A DNA stretch of 64,000 bases from positions 1,248,627 through 1,312,626 of the forward strand of contig CAJINV010000007.1 in assembly GCA_905178155.1 (NCBI GenBank), read 5' to 3'. This stretch comes from Amoebophrya sp. A120 (lineage: Eukaryota; Protista; Dinoflagellata). Within the stretch, counting starts at the first letter, position 1, and every line of letters begins with the position of its first letter. The position numbers and the translations under genes were made by a program. Of the stretch, positions 63,001-64,000 are shown piece after piece. Under the pieces are notes generated by a model, which saw only the letters and a list, made by a program, of their open reading frames with translations, was not told where the DNA came from and searched no databases.

Positions 63001-63764
63001 AAGCACAGCCGGAAACTGCCGCAGTTGATGCGGCATCTTCGGCCCCCGGGTCATCTTCGCACGACTTTTCGTCCGGGATGAAGCTGCGCGAGAAGGGAAC
63101 AGATGATGTTACGTCTGGAGCACTAGTACACGGCAAGGAGCTACTCGACCGTTACGACTCGGCTTTTGCCGGAGCTCCTGCGTCGACGTCCAGTTCCTCT
63201 TCCTCATCTGCTGTTCGCGACGAGGAGCAGCTTCATCCTGATTTGCCTTCTTCTAGCAGGACGAGCTCCTGTCTTCGAGAAGTAGAAGGTGAACCGTGTG
63301 GCTCAACATCCACTAGCGATATCAAGACACACTACACCGAGAAACTGCAGCTTCCGATAGGAAAAAACGCAACTACTACTTCCCGGCGAGGCAAAAGGGG
63401 TAGTGGTTCCCGCAAAATAATGGATCTGTCGCCCTCAACATGTCGTGGCTCTCTGCATCTTCAAGCACTGGCTGAAGCGGGTCAGAATCACCTCTCTCGA
63501 CGTCAAGGGTCCGTGCACCACGACGCTGTTGAGCACCAGGAACTGCAGGTTGCGCAGCGAATCAATATTGACCCTGCAGCTTCCCCCAGTCGTCCCCTCC
63601 TCGGCGGCGACGGCACCGGGCGGAGTAGCACAGGGTCTACCTGCGGAAACAGCTACTGCAACTCCTCCAACGGTTATCAAACAAAAAAAAGTTCGTCACG
63701 ATCACACATGTTCATTTTTGCATTTTTTTACAAAACTGCGTGTGAGCATCAACTACATGCGTAA
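54034..63764 (+). CDS. Very large hypothetical protein with S/T/A/G-rich low-complexity tracts and a possible galactose-binding/discoidin-like domain; 9 TIR-introns plus several GT-AG introns; ends uncertain
   Basis: Consecutive ORFs join in frame across TIR elements (e.g. HAL|DHAA, DA|DYQN, HI|DENV...AS|DLPFSLREIHFF); could be more than one gene. Confidence 0.55.
54368..54677. mobile_element. Introner with internal ~27-bp duplication
   Basis: tatccaaagatgaaaac...gttttatgctcttgcata; DR cgctt/cgctt. Confidence 0.82.
54919..55321. mobile_element. Introner, family A, with internal 33-bp tandem duplication
   Basis: tatcgaatgcaaatgtgtagtctgggtctggaa...ttccagacgacccagacgtatttgcaatgcata; DR decayed (cagac/cgggt). 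Confidence 0.85.
55577..55832. mobile_element. Introner, family A
   Basis: tatgccttgcaaataagtatgtctgg...ccagacagatttgcactggata; DR gagcg/gagcg. Confidence 0.9.
56403..56683. mobile_element. Introner, family B
   Basis: tatcgtattcaaaaacgtccccacacc...ggtgtggggacgtttttacataggata; DR ggcga/gacga. Confidence 0.92.
56780..57001. mobile_element. Introner, family C
   Basis: tatgcaagaaaaaaactgtgtaagtgtaa...ttacactaacacagtttttttcttggata; DR aagcc/aagcc. Confidence 0.93.
58889..59146. mobile_element. Introner, family A
   Basis: tattcacggcaaatat...atatttgcatttcata; DR tgcgg/tgcgg. Confidence 0.88.
59380..59588. mobile_element. Introner, family C
   Basis: tatccaagaaaaaaattgtgtaagtgtaa...ttacacttacacagtttttttcctggata; DR cagca/cagca. 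Confidence 0.93.
60222..60476. mobile_element. Introner, family A (34-bp near-perfect TIR)
   Basis: tatcaaatgtaaagatgtctgggtctggaaggtt / aaccttccagacccagacatttttacatttgata; DR catcg/catcg. Confidence 0.95.
60515..60766. mobile_element. Introner, family E (~48-bp TIR with internal 15-mer tandem repeat)
   Basis: tataacgtgctcaggtgttacaatctcaaacgttacaatagaatctgg / ccagattctattgtaacgtttgagattgtaacgtttgagcgggtcata; DR ttcgg/ttcgg. Confidence 0.92.
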
Positions 63765-64000
63765 AAGTTAAAGTAGTTAATGACAGTCAACCTTCATACA
63801 GGATCATTCCCCTCATGCAATTCTCTACTAAGATGCCGATGCCCGAAAAGTTCTTCATGCATCAAAACCTTGTGGAAAAGGAAAATCAAAATAGCGACTG
63901 GGACTGCAACGAACTTTTTTCTTTCCATCACGGCAGTTCTGGTGGCCAGAGAACCTCGAACCCGAATAATTCTGTGAAGGCCCTTCGGAAGAGGGAGCAA

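Noticed and set aside
5486-63764. Genes as pseudogenes disrupted by MITEs
   Set aside because: Exons show no independent stops or frameshifts and keep catalytic motifs despite up to 8-9 insertions per gene.

Overview
Eukaryotic (protist) genomic DNA with about 11 protein-coding genes, all on the + strand. Recognisable products are an ELO/GNS1-SUR4 fatty-acid elongase, an OSTA/TMEM184 transporter, an FkbM-like methyltransferase, a bacterial-type HutD cupin and an EF-hand protein; the rest are low-complexity hypothetical proteins. The dominant feature is about 48 (manual count) non-canonical introns, mostly 150-310 bp. Each is a MITE-like element bounded by terminal inverted repeats (TIRs) that start TAT and usually end ATA, flanked by a usually 5-bp target-site duplication (DR). 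Removing the element plus one DR copy restores the reading frame and conserved motifs (e.g. the elongase HVYHH box), with no GT-AG needed. At least 6 TIR families occur, copies of one family sit in both orientations within + strand genes, and they share a TGTCATGC/GCATGACA internal motif. Ordinary GT-AG introns are a minority. This architecture, with co-oriented genes, matches the introner elements known from the parasitic dinoflagellate Amoebophrya (Syndiniales); the taxon is inferred. Further oddities: a poly(A)/17-bp-TSD insert nested in an introner, a 1.5-kb TAT..ATA element with a ~51-bp duplication, and a 1-6 nt micro-exon. All splice models are inferred from the DNA alone.
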